Below the pieces are notes generated by a model, which saw only the letters and a program-made list of their open reading frames with translations, had not been told where the DNA came from and made no database searches. Positions 1 through 13,191 of a stretch of DNA of 59,801 bases are shown here, piece by piece. How positions within the stretch are numbered: the first letter of the stretch is position 1; every line of letters starts with the position of its first letter. Source of the DNA: Carcharhinus longimanus (taxonomy: Eukaryota); contig JASCQW010000119.1 of assembly GCA_030264375.1 (NCBI GenBank), forward strand, positions 8,700,372 through 8,760,172, read 5' to 3'. The translations under genes and the position numbers were made by a program.

Positions 1-99
1 ATCTGTGTTTTCATTTTATTTGTTGCTCGTTGATGATTTTAATGCGAATGCCTTCGCAAGGGATGGGTATTTCTGTTTCTAAATGGGTTTTTTCGTTTC

Positions 100-430
100 A
101 CTTCCTTGGGATGGTTTGCAACAAATGGTTAAAACAAACATTCCGAAATTTGCAAGCTATATTAATCTGTCATTTGATGAAGGGATGAGCATTTCGGAGA
201 CAGTTTCCAGTGACAGGTCAGCATATAAATTTGCCAGAAGCAAAGTCAGAATCCTTGGAAATGATGAGAACACAATGACAAATGAAACAGACTTATTTCA
301 CAGCACAGAAACGGGAGGGGAACAGCACGCCAATGGATTGAAACTGCTTGAATTCCAGGTAATTGAAACGGCAAAAATAACCATCGATTTTGAACACGCA
401 AACAAAAAAAAAACAAAAAATACAACTTAA
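100..430 (+). mobile_element. Very old CR1-like RT fragment
   Basis: Weak resemblance (TNIPKFASYINL) to the CR1 motif ISKFADDTKL and the sequence following it. Confidence 0.3.
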
Positions 431-1714
431 GCATTAGAAACGACGATGAAATATCAATTTCAACTTCAAATGAGGAAAGTAATTATTAAGTCTGGCAGTT
501 AAATAATGAGGGTAAGCAACTTGTCATCAGCAAAGGACGATTCTAGTTTTGTTTAAATATGGTTTGCCAACGTTTAGTGAGAGGAATGTTGATTTTTTTT
601 GTATGCATTCCAGAAAGTTGCTTCGTAAATGAAATGACCACAGTGGAATTAAGTGTACTTTTGTTCAAACGAAGTTGGTACGGAGAGTTAGTGAGCTGTT
701 TCATGCACGACCAAAAATAAATGTCTAGATATAGTGCTCAGGTGAAAAAAAAACGTTCACCAGAATCCTCTTGCAGCGGAATGCTCCTGTGTGCTGGAGG
801 TCGACCCGCCTGCAGCTTGCCGCTGTTGAGGACTGACGCGAATTTGAATTCCAATTTGCAGTGGCAGGACCAGAGAATACCAGCAATGACAAATAATGCG
901 CTGCATCCCGCCAGCTGTTTGTAGGGAGTGGGAGGCCAGAAAACCACGCCTCTTAAGTGCATATTGCCTGATACCATTCGACTGCATATAATACTTTCGA
1001 AATCTCGGCAAGGAAGTTCGTCAAACATACATTGAATTGTAAATGTTCAAAGAGAGTGAAATTGATAAATAGATACAAGACTTGAAAATAAATGAAATGC
1101 ATGATCCTAACACTGAAATCGTTATTTTGGAGGCGAGTAATATTTATTTGGCAAAGTAATTAGAAATCACATGGGTGGGCAGAACGTTAAAACTGCGGGA
1201 TTGCCAGTAAGATTGCCAGGCTTTTTATAAGTTAGCCCATCAAAGTTCGTGTTCCCACAACAGTTTCAGCCTGTGAGGTATAGTAATTGGGGAAAACAGA
1301 AATCCTCCACTGGTAACCGTAAAACATATTTTCTGGAAGATAATGAGGAAAATGATTTTCAGGCTAAAAAAAAGAAGCATATCAGGTTGGAAGAGAAATC
1401 AAATATGTCAGCTCGTTTCACGGTAATGAAAATTGGCACGCAAAGTCGCAGTTTCGGTGACTCCAGAAAAAAAAAGTCTGGGAAGGCAGAATGGGAAAAT
1501 AGAAAAATAAAATACTGCGTCTCTTCCGTTGAGCGAAGTGCACGAGTAAATTTACAGCGTAATGGCCGTTGATTGATGCAAAGTGTCAGATTTATCTGTC
1601 GACTTTTCTGGTGTGTTTAAGGTTTATGCAAGTTGACAGGAGAAGCATGTAAAAAAGTTAACATTTTTTTTAAAGGTACAGGAACAGTTGTCGTGAATGT
1701 AGAGAGATGATGAT

Positions 1715-3430
1715 CGTTGTTCAATTCATGAGGCAGAATGGGTGAGGCAGGTCAAGTCACGTCAAAGCAGGTCATGTGTATGTGGAACTGGACATTATAG
1801 AGATTACTGAGACATGGCTAAGGGAAGGACAGTACTGTCAGGTCAATAATTCAGGATATAGATGTTAAAGGAAAGATAGAGCAAGAGGGAAGAGAGGAGC
1901 TGGAGTTTGTTTGAAAAGAACATCACAACAGCTCTGAGAGGGGACAATTCAAACTGTTCGCCTCCACACTATGAATGGATAGTACTTTCAAATAAAGCAG
2001 TGGGATCACTGAGATAGAATTGTGTTGTCGGTCCCCAAAGGATCAGTGGGAAATTGAGGAGCAAACAAGTAAGGGAATGCATAGAGCTCCAAGAAATATA
2101 GTGCGCTCCTAGTAAGGGACTTTAAAATTCCTAACACTGACTGGGACAGCAATATTATTAGAGGCTTGGAGGCAAATAGTTTTGAGTGTACGCAGGAGGA
2201 ATTCTCATGCATTATGTGGATGGTGTGATTGGAGTGTTTGCAACAAGTGAGTTCTTTATTGAAAATAAGGTAGTGAAGATGGCAGAAGTGTGTGTGAGGG
2301 ATTACTTTGGACCAGTGACCATAAGTCCATCAGTTGAAAGATGGCTGTGGAGAATGCTCTGTCTGGCTCAAAAGTTAAAGTTCCACATTTGGATAGTGGC
2401 CAATTTTGATGGTATTAAACATGCAGTTTGAAAAGTTGATTGGATGAGTGTGTGTCCAAGCAAAGGAATGTCTGATAAATGACTGTCTTTCAACAACGTG
2501 TTAACCAAAGTTTAGGATAAAAGAATTCATTCCAGAGTGAAGAAGCATTCCAGAATGTTGGTAAACGTAAGGGACAATTGAGGACTAGCACGCTGTAGTC
2601 AAATTCAAGAACAGACTGCAGGCTTAATTCAGGCATAGACAGCTGTGTTTATGTGCATTCCTTGAAGAATAGAGCGGACATCAGAGTAGAGTGAAGAGAT
2701 AAATTATTAGGGCAGCGGGGGCACGAGTTCGCTTTGGCATACAAGGCAAAGAGGAGTCAAAAGATATTTTACAAACGCATAAAGGCAACAGAATCACCAG
2801 AGAGAGAATGCAGCACTGAAGGGTGGGCGTGCTACAACTTGACTAGTTCTCATTAGTATTTATTGTTTAGAAAGGTGTGGGTATTGGGAAACTTCGGGAA
2901 AGCATACTAATCTCTTGAGCACTCCAAGAGAATTCAAGAGCATTCCAGAGAAGGAAGTGCTGGAAACCATGAAACACATTAAGTTATATAAAAAATCTGG
3001 ACCTGAATAAATGTATTGCAACAAGTTTTGGGAGCCTAGAGCTGAAACTATGGTTCCCCGAGGAGAGATCATTCAACCATCTACAGCCACAGGTTAAGTG
3101 CCTGGCGTTTGGAGGGTGGCAACGATGTGACCCTTCTGTAAGAAGGGTTGAAAGGAAAAGAAAGGGTACTAAAGAGCAGTGAACATATCGTTTGTAGTTG
3201 GTAAGTTAATACGAATGTTATTAGGGAGAGGCAGGATCAAGAGTCATTTAATTGAGCAAGAATTGATTAGCGACAGTCAGCACAGCTTCGTGAGTGTAAA
3301 ATCGTGCCTCGAAACTCCTTTGAGATTGTGGAAGGGATAACCAAGAACGTGGAGGAGGGAAAAGCGTTCGACACTGCCTGCATGGACCTTAGCAATGCAT
3401 TTGACAAGGTATAACATGGCAATTTCTACA
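1715..3430 (+). mobile_element. Degenerate CR1/HER1-type LINE, ORF2 endonuclease to early RT
   Basis: ITETWLREGQ and GDFKIPNTDW endonuclease motifs; ends at MDLSNAFDKV (consensus DFSKAFDKVPH); many stops and frameshifts. Confidence 0.9.
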
Positions 3431-3444
3431 TCAGGTTGTCTCTC

Positions 3445-3935
3445 AAGATCCAGGGTGAGTCAGGTCAGAGGCATTTAAGTCAGGCGACCCTCACATATCA
3501 AGTAAATCCAGATCGATCGAACGAGATCCATCACAGATGCCGAAAGACAGTACCGGGCAAAGCTATAGTCACAGGCTAGCGATGCAAACCATTTACGACT
3601 ATGGCGAGATCTGCCAGTCATAGAGGCTACAAGATGAAAACATATAAATTGCCCAACTCCAACGCACCCCTTGCTGATGAGCACAATGAATTCTACGTCC
3701 GTTAAGAGCGAGATGTCTTCACCCTGGAAGCCTTGTATGGACCTATAAGTGAGATAATCCTTGCAGATGTCAGAGCAGCTTTTTTGAGAGTCAACCCACA
3801 GAAAGCAACAGGCCATATGGTGTACCTAGGCGAACACGCAGATCTTGCATGGGTCAGCTGGCGGGGATATGCACTGAAACCTTAACATCTCTTTGCAACA
3901 ATCTGAGGTCTGCATTTTCTTCAAAAAGACAAGAT
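3445..3935 (+). mobile_element. Rex1/Babar-type LINE fragment
   Basis: AFKSGDP, DAERQYRAKL, RVNPQKATG, SCMGQLAG and NISLQQSEV...FKKT match the Rex1 pre-RT region. Confidence 0.8.
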
Positions 3936-5012
3936 TGTTCCAGCGGAGCAGGCAGAGAGGTGGCACTTTTGAGGAGAGCTGATAGGTAAGAGTATTGATT
4001 CTTAACTTACTTTTTTTTTTCGGAGTTTTATGCAGACAACCAGAAGTAGGACCTTGGGAGACCTGGGAAGTTTTTCGTTCAAAAAAGAAGTTACTTCGAG
4101 GTTTAGACCTCATTATTCAAGGGGAACAGGCAGAGAGGCGATTGTTATGAGGACAGTTGATACCTAGGCGTGTTGATTCTTAACTTACCTTTTCTTCGGA
4201 GATTTCCTAGAGTACCGGAAGTAGGCACTAGGGAGACCAGGGAAGTTTTTTTTTGCCCAGTAAGTTTGAACGGGGGGGGGGGGGGGGGGTGTAGGTGGAA
4301 TACCCCACACAACACGTGTGGACTCTCCCTCCTCTAACGAGAACAACAAAAAAAATCGTGGCGTGAGAGCAGATAAGTTTTTTTTTCCCTATTTTTCTCT
4401 TTCACTTCGTAGTAAGGGAATTTAGTAGGGATGGCAGTGCAGGCAGTGCAATGCTCCTCCTGTAGGATGCTCGAGGTGATGGACGCCATTCGTGTTCCTA
4501 GTGAATACACTTGCATGAAGTGCACGGAATTCCAGCTCCTTGGGGTTGGTGATAGGGAAATAGTGGCTGAAACAAAAACTATAATTTGAGTGCTTTAGAT
4601 GGGTCAATTTTTGTCCGATGTGTGCAGGAGACTTTCCTGACACAACATGTAGACATGTTAACAAGAGATGAGGTTTCTTTGGATTTTGTAATTGGTAATA
4701 ACCAGACCAGATTTTAGGGTTGGAGATAGGTGAACACTTTGGTGATAATGACCACAAATCAGTTATGTTTACATTGGAGGTGGAAAGGGATAGTAATTAC
4801 CACAGGGCACGAGTTATAGGAAATTATGTTGTCATTAGATGAGATTTAGTATGCATAGGGNNNNNNNNNNNNNNNNNNNNNNNNNNNNNNNNNNNNNNNN
4901 NNNNNNNNNNNNNNNNNNNNNNNNNNNNNNNNNNNNNNNNNNNNNNNNNNNNNNNNNNNNGAGAGAATGGCCCAAATGGTCTTCCTCTGCACTGCAGTGA
5001 TATCCTGTGTTC
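3936..5012 (+). mobile_element. CR1-type LINE: 5'UTR, ORF1 zinc finger, endonuclease piece, gap, 3' tail
   Basis: ORF1 MAVQAVQCSSCRM...YTCMKCTEFQLL starts at 4431; FVRCVQETFLTQHVD and GEHFGDNDH follow; tail ggcccaaatggtcttcctctgcactg lies after the gap. Confidence 0.85.
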
Positions 5013-6786
5013 CTTTTGGGAAGGAAGCGGTGATGAAGACATCCTTAAATTATAAGCTTAACTAGGTTTGGGGAAATATTTTCTATTGGCGCTGAAAGCA
5101 GAGCTCACTTATCATGGAAAATACATGAGTTTGAAAGTTTAGCTTTAATTTTATTTTCGTGTTTTTCTTGCATTCAAATTCTATTTCGTTTTTAGTCGTG
5201 GTTCTATTCGAATGCAATTTCAGTGGTTTAAATTATATGCTCAAACCTATCATTGCCAAAAAGTTAAGAACGTTATTTCTGATAATTCCTGCCAATAACC
5301 CTGCATTATTTTTAACCAAAAAAAAAATACACAATAACCAAGTCAAAATTCATTGATAAGAATGTATCTGTGAATATTGGCATGCTTCTTCAGCTCTCAG
5401 CCTCCAGACAAAACTAGCATGAAAAAGTGCAAACACATAATGAATACGTATTTTTTTTTCCAGTGGAATATTTTGCACATCATAAAGACTTCCATAGTGG
5501 GCAGCGGGAATAGCGAATCAGTCACCAGTGGCTGAAATTTATTTTTAAGCCGGGAAGGAATCGTTTCAGTTTTTCCATTAGTATAATTACTGTTTATTGC
5601 ACCACGTTATTCGGTAGTGGAAAAATTTTAATATGTAATGGAATGAATAAATATCGTGCTGCATTTCATAAAGCTATGTGCATATTTTTCTTCAAAGATA
5701 GATTTCTATAGATAACGATAAATGCATTCTCCACTATTGCCTCATATTAATTAACGGGGGGGGGGAGTGGTGGAGGAGGGGAAGGAAGTATTTTATGCAA
5801 CACTTGATGGTTTCTTTATGATCTAATATAGATACATCTGTTGTTGCAGAGTCAAGTGTTTTTTTTTCGTTATAACGCTAAGCCGAGGTTCGACAGAGCC
5901 ACCGATTCACCACTATTTCAATAAGTATTACAACTCATGCTTAATTCTCTAACGTGCCCGACTGAATTGATTTCAATTTAACGACCCATCTCTGCTTCCA
6001 TGATCGGCAATGAGATGCAATCACTATCAGGTACTATTCCATCTCACTTGCGCCCCGAAATTCGAGGTTCAATCCTTAAACAGATGTTTGCTGCTCGGAA
6101 TATGAATATTTGCTTAAAGGGAAAACTTTATTTTCCTTCATTGCCTTATATTCATGTAGGTCCCAAACAAATCACGACTCACCTCGAGTGCGGAACATAA
6201 CTAAATGTAACATTCTTCACCCTTCATCTCAAGTGTTTTATTGTTCACTCTTCATCTCCAGTGTGGAACATTAGTAAATCTAATATTCTCGGCATCATGT
6301 ACTGTGTCGACTGTCCTGCAATCTGAAAACAAAAAAAAACACAACTGGCATCATTCATTTTCATATACCATCAGTTTGTTTTTAATGCTCAGTGACATTG
6401 ATTCTTCAGTTGCATCATCATTTATGTGAACACATTTTTACCTGTGATTTTCCAAACATGTTCTATCAATCCTTGTAGACGAAACAATCGAAAGCCCATC
6501 ATCAATTTCAAGGGAACTTCATAAAACATGTCAAATGAAGTAATTAATCACGATTATTTTAGAAACGTGTGTTCCAAATTTGTATTATTTTGAGAGACTG
6601 GTTGAGTTTTGTTATGCATCCAAGCCTCTTTCCTTAATATTTTACCTCGAGAAGGAGGCCAACCAGCATCAGTAAACTACCATTGGAAATTCCCGTAGTT
6701 CCGCTTTTTTTTTAGTTTTGTTGCATTTGCATACCTCGAAACATTTATATTCTGACTCATCTATCGCAAACAGTTTTTTTTACACA

Positions 6787-6813
6787 AAACAACAACAACA
6801 ACAACAACAACAA
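6787..6813. repeat. (CAA)n microsatellite
   Basis: Direct reading. Confidence 0.95.
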
Positions 6814-9555
6814 TGCTTGAGAGCCTGAACAAATTTGACCTCATCGGTAACATCATTGTGATCAGATTGGAGCCACATTTTCGAACCCGGATGAACATCG
6901 CCAGAGCTTCGGTTTCTGCTCAGATTCCAGTTTATCTTTGGTTCAGATTCCAGCATCCACAGTATATTGGTTTCATCCAAAAACACGTTTTTGTTATTTT
7001 TTTTGGGATTAAGGATGGTGTTCTATCTCTAAACACATTGTACTTAACGATCTGTGTTTTCAACAGTCCAAATCAGGAGACTTACCAGAGGAAACACAAC
7101 CATTTTTACCTGTCCTTTCTGCCAACTAATTTCCTCTAAGAATTCAGCGTTCACGGAAATAGTGTTAGCAGTGTTTTTGATCGTAAAAGGCTATTAAGTA
7201 GCATATTGATATGGTAGCCTCAGTAATTTTCTTTGTTGAGCAAATTTTCGCTTTTTACTGGGCCATTACTGAGTTGAAGCCAGCAGATTTTTTTTATGTT
7301 ATTGTTATCCCTGCAGCCACTCTAGTCTCAAGAACTTTACTGGAAAGTCTGATTAACCATCTGACTATGCGATATTTCATGTGCCATTAACTTCAAAACG
7401 TCAATTGATTTACAAATTAACAACGTTTATTACTTGTTCTGAATACTTCATTGACATTCAAAGAGGCTTGGAGTTAATTTGAACAGCCGTCAATTCATGA
7501 TTGGTGGCATCTGCTCCTCCACAAATCCTCATTTTTAAGACATGTTTCTCTTTTGCGCTTTGTTCCCCTCAAATACAGGGATATCGCTCACATGGCAGGG
7601 AGTTGGCCCACTTCCACGATCGATTTTCTATGCCTATTTCCCCCCTTTTTCATATTCACTGCCACTCTATAAGATTTGGGACGGTGTCCCGTGAATTAAA
7701 TGCCTCACCAAAAGCACTCCCGACCACAGTTGCAAAATTTCACGAAGTAACAATTTATAAAATGTCCTCATGATTCTGCATTGGTTAATTTCGTGAATGC
7801 ATTTCCACGGAATAGAAATTTATATCGGCGCTGTTCATTCACCATTACGTAGAAAACAACAATGTAATGGTTCGCTATAGAAAAGACTTTGCATTATATT
7901 TGTGATGTTCTCGAAGAGGTCTGTGCTCTGCCGTTTTTCGAACAATTTGATCAGATCTCACAGAGTAACGCTACACTTCATTTCCTTCCTGAAATGTTAG
8001 CAAATGGTTTTTGTGTGTTTTTTTTCTGTCAACAGCAGTCTTTTTCCCCCTCGGACAATCATGCTACTCTGTCCTTCATTATTTTCCAACAACATACAGT
8101 TTTCACATCCGTGCGTGTGATGCACCGATGCGATAGCATTTTAACTCATGACTCCTTGAATGCTCACACTGACAAAAAAAAACATTTGTGGAGATATGTG
8201 ATTCCACTAATCAAGCTGAATCAACAGATATTCTAATTCTGCATGTTGCGCTGGAAAAGCTGAATTTGAATGCCCAATGTTCATTTCACTACAGTATCAT
8301 TTTCTGTATTATTATTTTTTTAATTATTTCCACATCATGCATCGCATCCCTGCAACTTTAGTTTGCATTCAATTAATCCCAATGGTGCATCTGCATTTGA
8401 GATACTTGTCAATTAACTATGTTGGCACCACGCCTTTCTTTTGTTCTGTAACTTCTACAGAAGATATTTTCTCACTTTGTGAAAAATCAAAATGCTCCAA
8501 TAAAGCATAATTTGCCACAGAAGATATCAATTCCTCGCAATCGTGTTGCTGCATTTATTACTGCACAAGACTGTGATTCAAAGCTATGAAGTTCTCTTTT
8601 TTTTTCTGCCTCGATGTACAAATTTTAGTCCATGAGCTAACCATATGCCTTCGTTATTGCAGACGCGGCTCTATAAAACTTAAGTTTGCTCTTGTTATTC
8701 AGATTTTTTTTTTCTTTTTTCGTACACGTTCATGCCCATCATTCAGAATTGTATCGGATTGTGAGATGTGTTCCAAAGCTCTTCCAGGGGGGAAATTGAA
8801 TTAGGAGCTCCTGAAGATGGAATCAAACACGTCATCTTGATATTTTATTGTACAATACATCGGCAACGCTTCACTTCGCCTCCTTGTATTTGGCTTCAGT
8901 TGCCATGGCGTTCTGATTATTCATGTGGTCTGAAATTAATTGTGTAAATGTGTCTTCATCGTCAGCTGCCTCCAAGCACCTTTGCATTTTAGAGCTTCTT
9001 CTTCTGTTACAGATGGCAATTCACTAATCTGAAATCTTAATTTGTGGTCGATTTTTGAATTCGTGATCCTGGAAAGACATTCCCCGTAACAATATTTGAT
9101 GATGCCTGGTCGGTGCCACACACATATCTGTGAACGATAAACTTACGCCCCTGAATTACGAGTTTGAACTGCTGCAATTTACCGAACTTCCTATAAGCAT
9201 TTTCCTCTACCTTCGTGAAATTTCGTCCATATTGCAAACAATACAACCGGTCCCCAAATATGCTGTGACCAAAATATTTTTTTTTAATGCATGTGTTCTG
9301 CTCGATCCGTTTTTCAATTAATGTTCTTAAACGATTTTCGTGCTAATTCACCTGTTAATCGGCTATTTGTGATGTCATTCCGTCACCGGACATAGTCACT
9401 CCTGCCAGAACTGTCTCAAAAATCGTCCATTTCCTCTATTGCAGGCAATATGTGTGTGCTCGAAATCGAAACACAAGTCTAATGTCTTCTGATGTGGGTT
9501 TCTTGGCAACTATTTATGTTAGTATTTGCCACTTGCATTGTTTTGCCTTTCACAG

Positions 9556-9582
9556 AAGAGAAGCTGGACGCGAAATATAAAG
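9556..9582 (+). CDS. Microexon 1 (27 nt, EEKLDAKYK); donor site apparently mutated
   Basis: Strong acceptor ttttgcctttcacag; peptide matches the 27-nt class; followed by atttgc instead of GT. Confidence 0.5.
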
Positions 9583-10379
9583 ATTTGCTTGGGAAGAATT
9601 AGCTAATGAGATAGCCAAATCTCGAATTTATCTTAAGATTTCAATTTTGTCTTTTTTTGAGTATTCCAGCTGAGTACTCTGCGGTGGCATTTAATTATAA
9701 TGTGAACTATATATTAACTATATATTTACTGTAACAGTGTCGCTTTCCGTCCAAGTGATCAGGCTGGAAGCATGTGATGATAATATAGGCTAATACATGG
9801 CTGCACATTGCAGAGGAATTTTCATCATCAGGTTGATATATCTGGAAAGAACCAGTGCATTGGACTGAGTACGATAGGACTGAACACAAAACGATCAGTG
9901 GGCAGTTTCCACGCAAACATATCTCATTCAAAAAGCTCTGCCTCTTTCACTTCTATGGGCGACATACTCATCTATTCATGTCGAAGTTCATTTGTTTTTT
10001 TTTCTCTATTCAGATTATTGTTCAATTCATTTTGATGCAGATATTTGAACTTTTACCATCAGGAAATTCAATGTTTGCAACTCATGTTGTCTCCGTTTGG
10101 AACTAACCCGAAATAGGCACATAGAATGCTGGGGAACTTGAAGTAGGATAGAGGACATTCAGGTCGTAGTTTGCATCGACTCCGCATGTGTGCTGTATTC
10201 TAATCACTGATTGTTGCTGAGCTCCAGTGTTTTGTGCGGGAAGAATAGATCTAAGAAAACAATCACAGATAATTGAAGGAGGGACTTTTGAGGAACAATT
10301 GCTGATGATTTCACTTGAAAGAAAATAAAATGGAAAACTGGGAGAAACATGAGGTTCAGTTTTAGACTATTAAAATTGA

Positions 10380-12205
10380 GTCAAAAAAGGCAAGATAAAC
10401 TTCGAAAGGGAACTATTATAAATATACACATCGACACCAAAAGTTTATTCAGTACGTAAAAAGAAATAGAATAACAAAAGTAAATGTTAGCCCTTGAGCC
10501 CAAAGTACTGGTGCGATGATCATGTGAAGACAGAGATGGTGGATGCACGAAACCAACATTTTCTCTCTATTCACAGGAGAGAATTGTAATTATTCCTCAA
10601 AAATGCCGTTAATGCAGAGGAAACTTCGAGGCAGTAGCTTTGAATAAACGAAGGGTACTAAAGGCAAATTCGTATCTAGGACGACCACCCTACTCTGTTT
10701 AAGGAAGCTTCAGCAGAGATTGTGAACTATTCGTTGGCGAGACATTAAACTTTTCGGATTCTATTATGGCTGCTGTTGATTAGAGTATGTTAAATATGAA
10801 GCCAATATTCAGAAAGGGAGAGACACACATATTTATGAGGAAACCAGTTAGATTGACGCCTTTGGTGGAGGAGTTTCTGAAAGCAATCGTTAAGGATCAG
10901 GTGGCATAGCAGTTCAAAACAGAAAGTGCAATATAACGTTGTTAGAGTGGTTCTATGACGGGAAAGTCATGATTGACAAATGTGTTTCAGTTCCCTACGG
11001 ACAAAACCAGCATGGCAGAGAATGAAGAACATGTGGTTGCCATGCCTCAGAGCCTCAAGAAGCTGTTTGACAGGGTGTTGCAAAGAAGGTCACCCGGAAG
11101 GCGAGGTTGCAGGTGATTTGGTTTAGACTTTTGGATTATATTAAGGATTGGCTCGCTTACAAAAGCAGAGAGTAGGAATAAACGCATCCTTCTCTGGTTG
11201 GCTTATTGTAGTGGGGGAGTAACAGAGGGTTAGTCTTCGCAACTCAACCTTTTACAATGCAAACGAATGATGTGCAAAAAGGGACAAACAGTAAGTTAGT
11301 AAAAATTGCGGATGATACTAAAATTGGGGGAATTCAGATACTGAAAATGGCAAAAGATCAGCTCTGAGAATGGACCAAAATTTACAGAGTGCAATGTGGG
11401 TAAATGTGAGTTCATTTATTTTGACAGAAAAAAAAAACAAAGAGAGACAAATTATTCCGTAAAGCAGAAACGCGTCGGAATACTCCTCGGCAGAGATCTG
11501 ACTGTCTTTGTTCTTGCATAGTAGAAATTCTGTTAGCAGGTACATTTGATAAACAAGGCAAATTGAAAATGGCATTTATTGCAAAAATGACCGGAGTAGA
11601 ATATTTGAGAATATATCTTGCTGCTGTATGGTGTGTTGTTGATACCATAACTTGATCAATATTTTTTTCTTCAAGTTTCAGCCTCCTTATTTGATGAAGG
11701 ATGGAGTGGAATTGGACAAATTACGGAGGAGATTCAAAAAATCCGATCCACATATTAAGGAGTTGACAAACGCGGAGAGATTAAGCAATTTTCGTTGTTT
11801 TTTTTCTCAGTGGAGATTACATGTATGTGCAGGATCTGGCAGAGATATCTACGATTGCAAAAAGTTATTGATAGACTAGATCAAACGTTTCTTCCTATGG
11901 GACAAATAGAACAAGGTTTTGGAGGCATCAGTTGGGAGGCTGTCGATATAAAACGGAGATGAAGAGGAATTACTTTTCACCAAGTGTCATGAATTTCCTG
12001 AACTTGCTGCCATCGAGTGATGAAATCTCAATCGTTACATTGATTCAAGAAGGAAATAAATGCATATCGGTTTTAAAAAATGGGATAATGTAATCGAGGG
12101 TGCAGGTAAGGAGATCATTTCAGACAAGGGAGTGATCAGACATAAAATTGATTGGCTTAGCCGGCCCAAATTGTAAACATGCGTACTTCTGTTCCTTTCG
12201 CCTAC
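10380..12205 (+). mobile_element. Degenerate CR1 LINE, RT to 3' end
   Basis: KLFDRV, SGGVTEG and KIADDTKIGG motifs; CR1-type 3'UTR near 12,100-12,200. Confidence 0.85.
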
Positions 12206-13155
12206 GTTATCATCGGCATTTGCACTGCTAATTTAGTGCTAATTTAGACTCGAAATGCCATATTGTGTTATACTTCTCCAATGTTCCAACAACATTAATT
12301 TTCCCACGCCATACTGTCTTTAGCCTTGTTCCTTTCTCACTTCATCCTTACTCTTCATTTCTCTAGTTTCTACAATCCTTATTTGACCACGTGGTTTTGT
12401 CTTAACTTGTCACTTTCCTTTTTTCTGGATAAATTCCATTTCCAGAGATACATGGGCTGTCCTTGTGATCATTTTCAACAGTTGCCTTCACTTTGAGGGC
12501 TACATTTTTTTTTTGTATGTAAGTATCATCAAACCATCCCTGGCAGCTTCTTATTCGTCATATTAATATTCGTACAATCCGACTATTTATTCAAAAACAA
12601 CCTCAGAGATGAAAAACATATTAGACCGTTGCACGTAGTCTTAAACTTGGCATTGTTCAGTAAGCCTTGGAAATGAAATCTGCATTTTTTTTTCGAATCT
12701 GGCAAATGGTATTATTGTGACGATTCAAGGGATATGTATTGTACTAAAAAGAAACGGTACATAATGACGCAAATGAATCGAATGATATGAATTCGAATAA
12801 AATAGATTAGCTCAATGGGCGTCAAAATAACCTGATGAATGCTGAAATGGAGGTCATTCATATTTGATCAGAAAGCAGAATTTATTTGAACAGTAAAAAA
12901 AAAGTAGCAAGGAATAAACGTAAATCTCAAACATGTCCGCTTATTAGGGTGAAAGATGCTCAGATGAAATGTGCTGATGCAAAAATGGTCTGTTTTACAA
13001 ATATCCCCTTCTAATCTGTTGCTCGTTTTAACAAAGTACAAATGTTTTGGAATTCACTCCAAGTCTATTGTCGGCTCAAATATACACAATAACTTTATCT
13101 TCTCCACGCACCCACCCCCACTCCCCCTCCCCCTCACCTCCATAGTTTCATGCAG

Positions 13156-13191
13156 AGCTGAAGAAATACAATGAATCATTGGAAGTGCCCA
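13156..13191 (+). CDS. Microexon 2 (36 nt, ELKKYNESLEVP)
   Basis: tttcatgcag|...|gtgaga; EL start; Tyr (TAC) at the Cys position; L at position 9. Confidence 0.7.

Noticed and set aside
1363-1385. 23-nt AG..GT unit reminiscent of a TRIM exon
   Set aside because: Not 3n, and no neighbouring TRIM exons found.
7080-7135. Possible TCR/Ig J segment
   Set aside because: No FGxG/WGxG motif and no heptamer-spacer-nonamer recombination signal.
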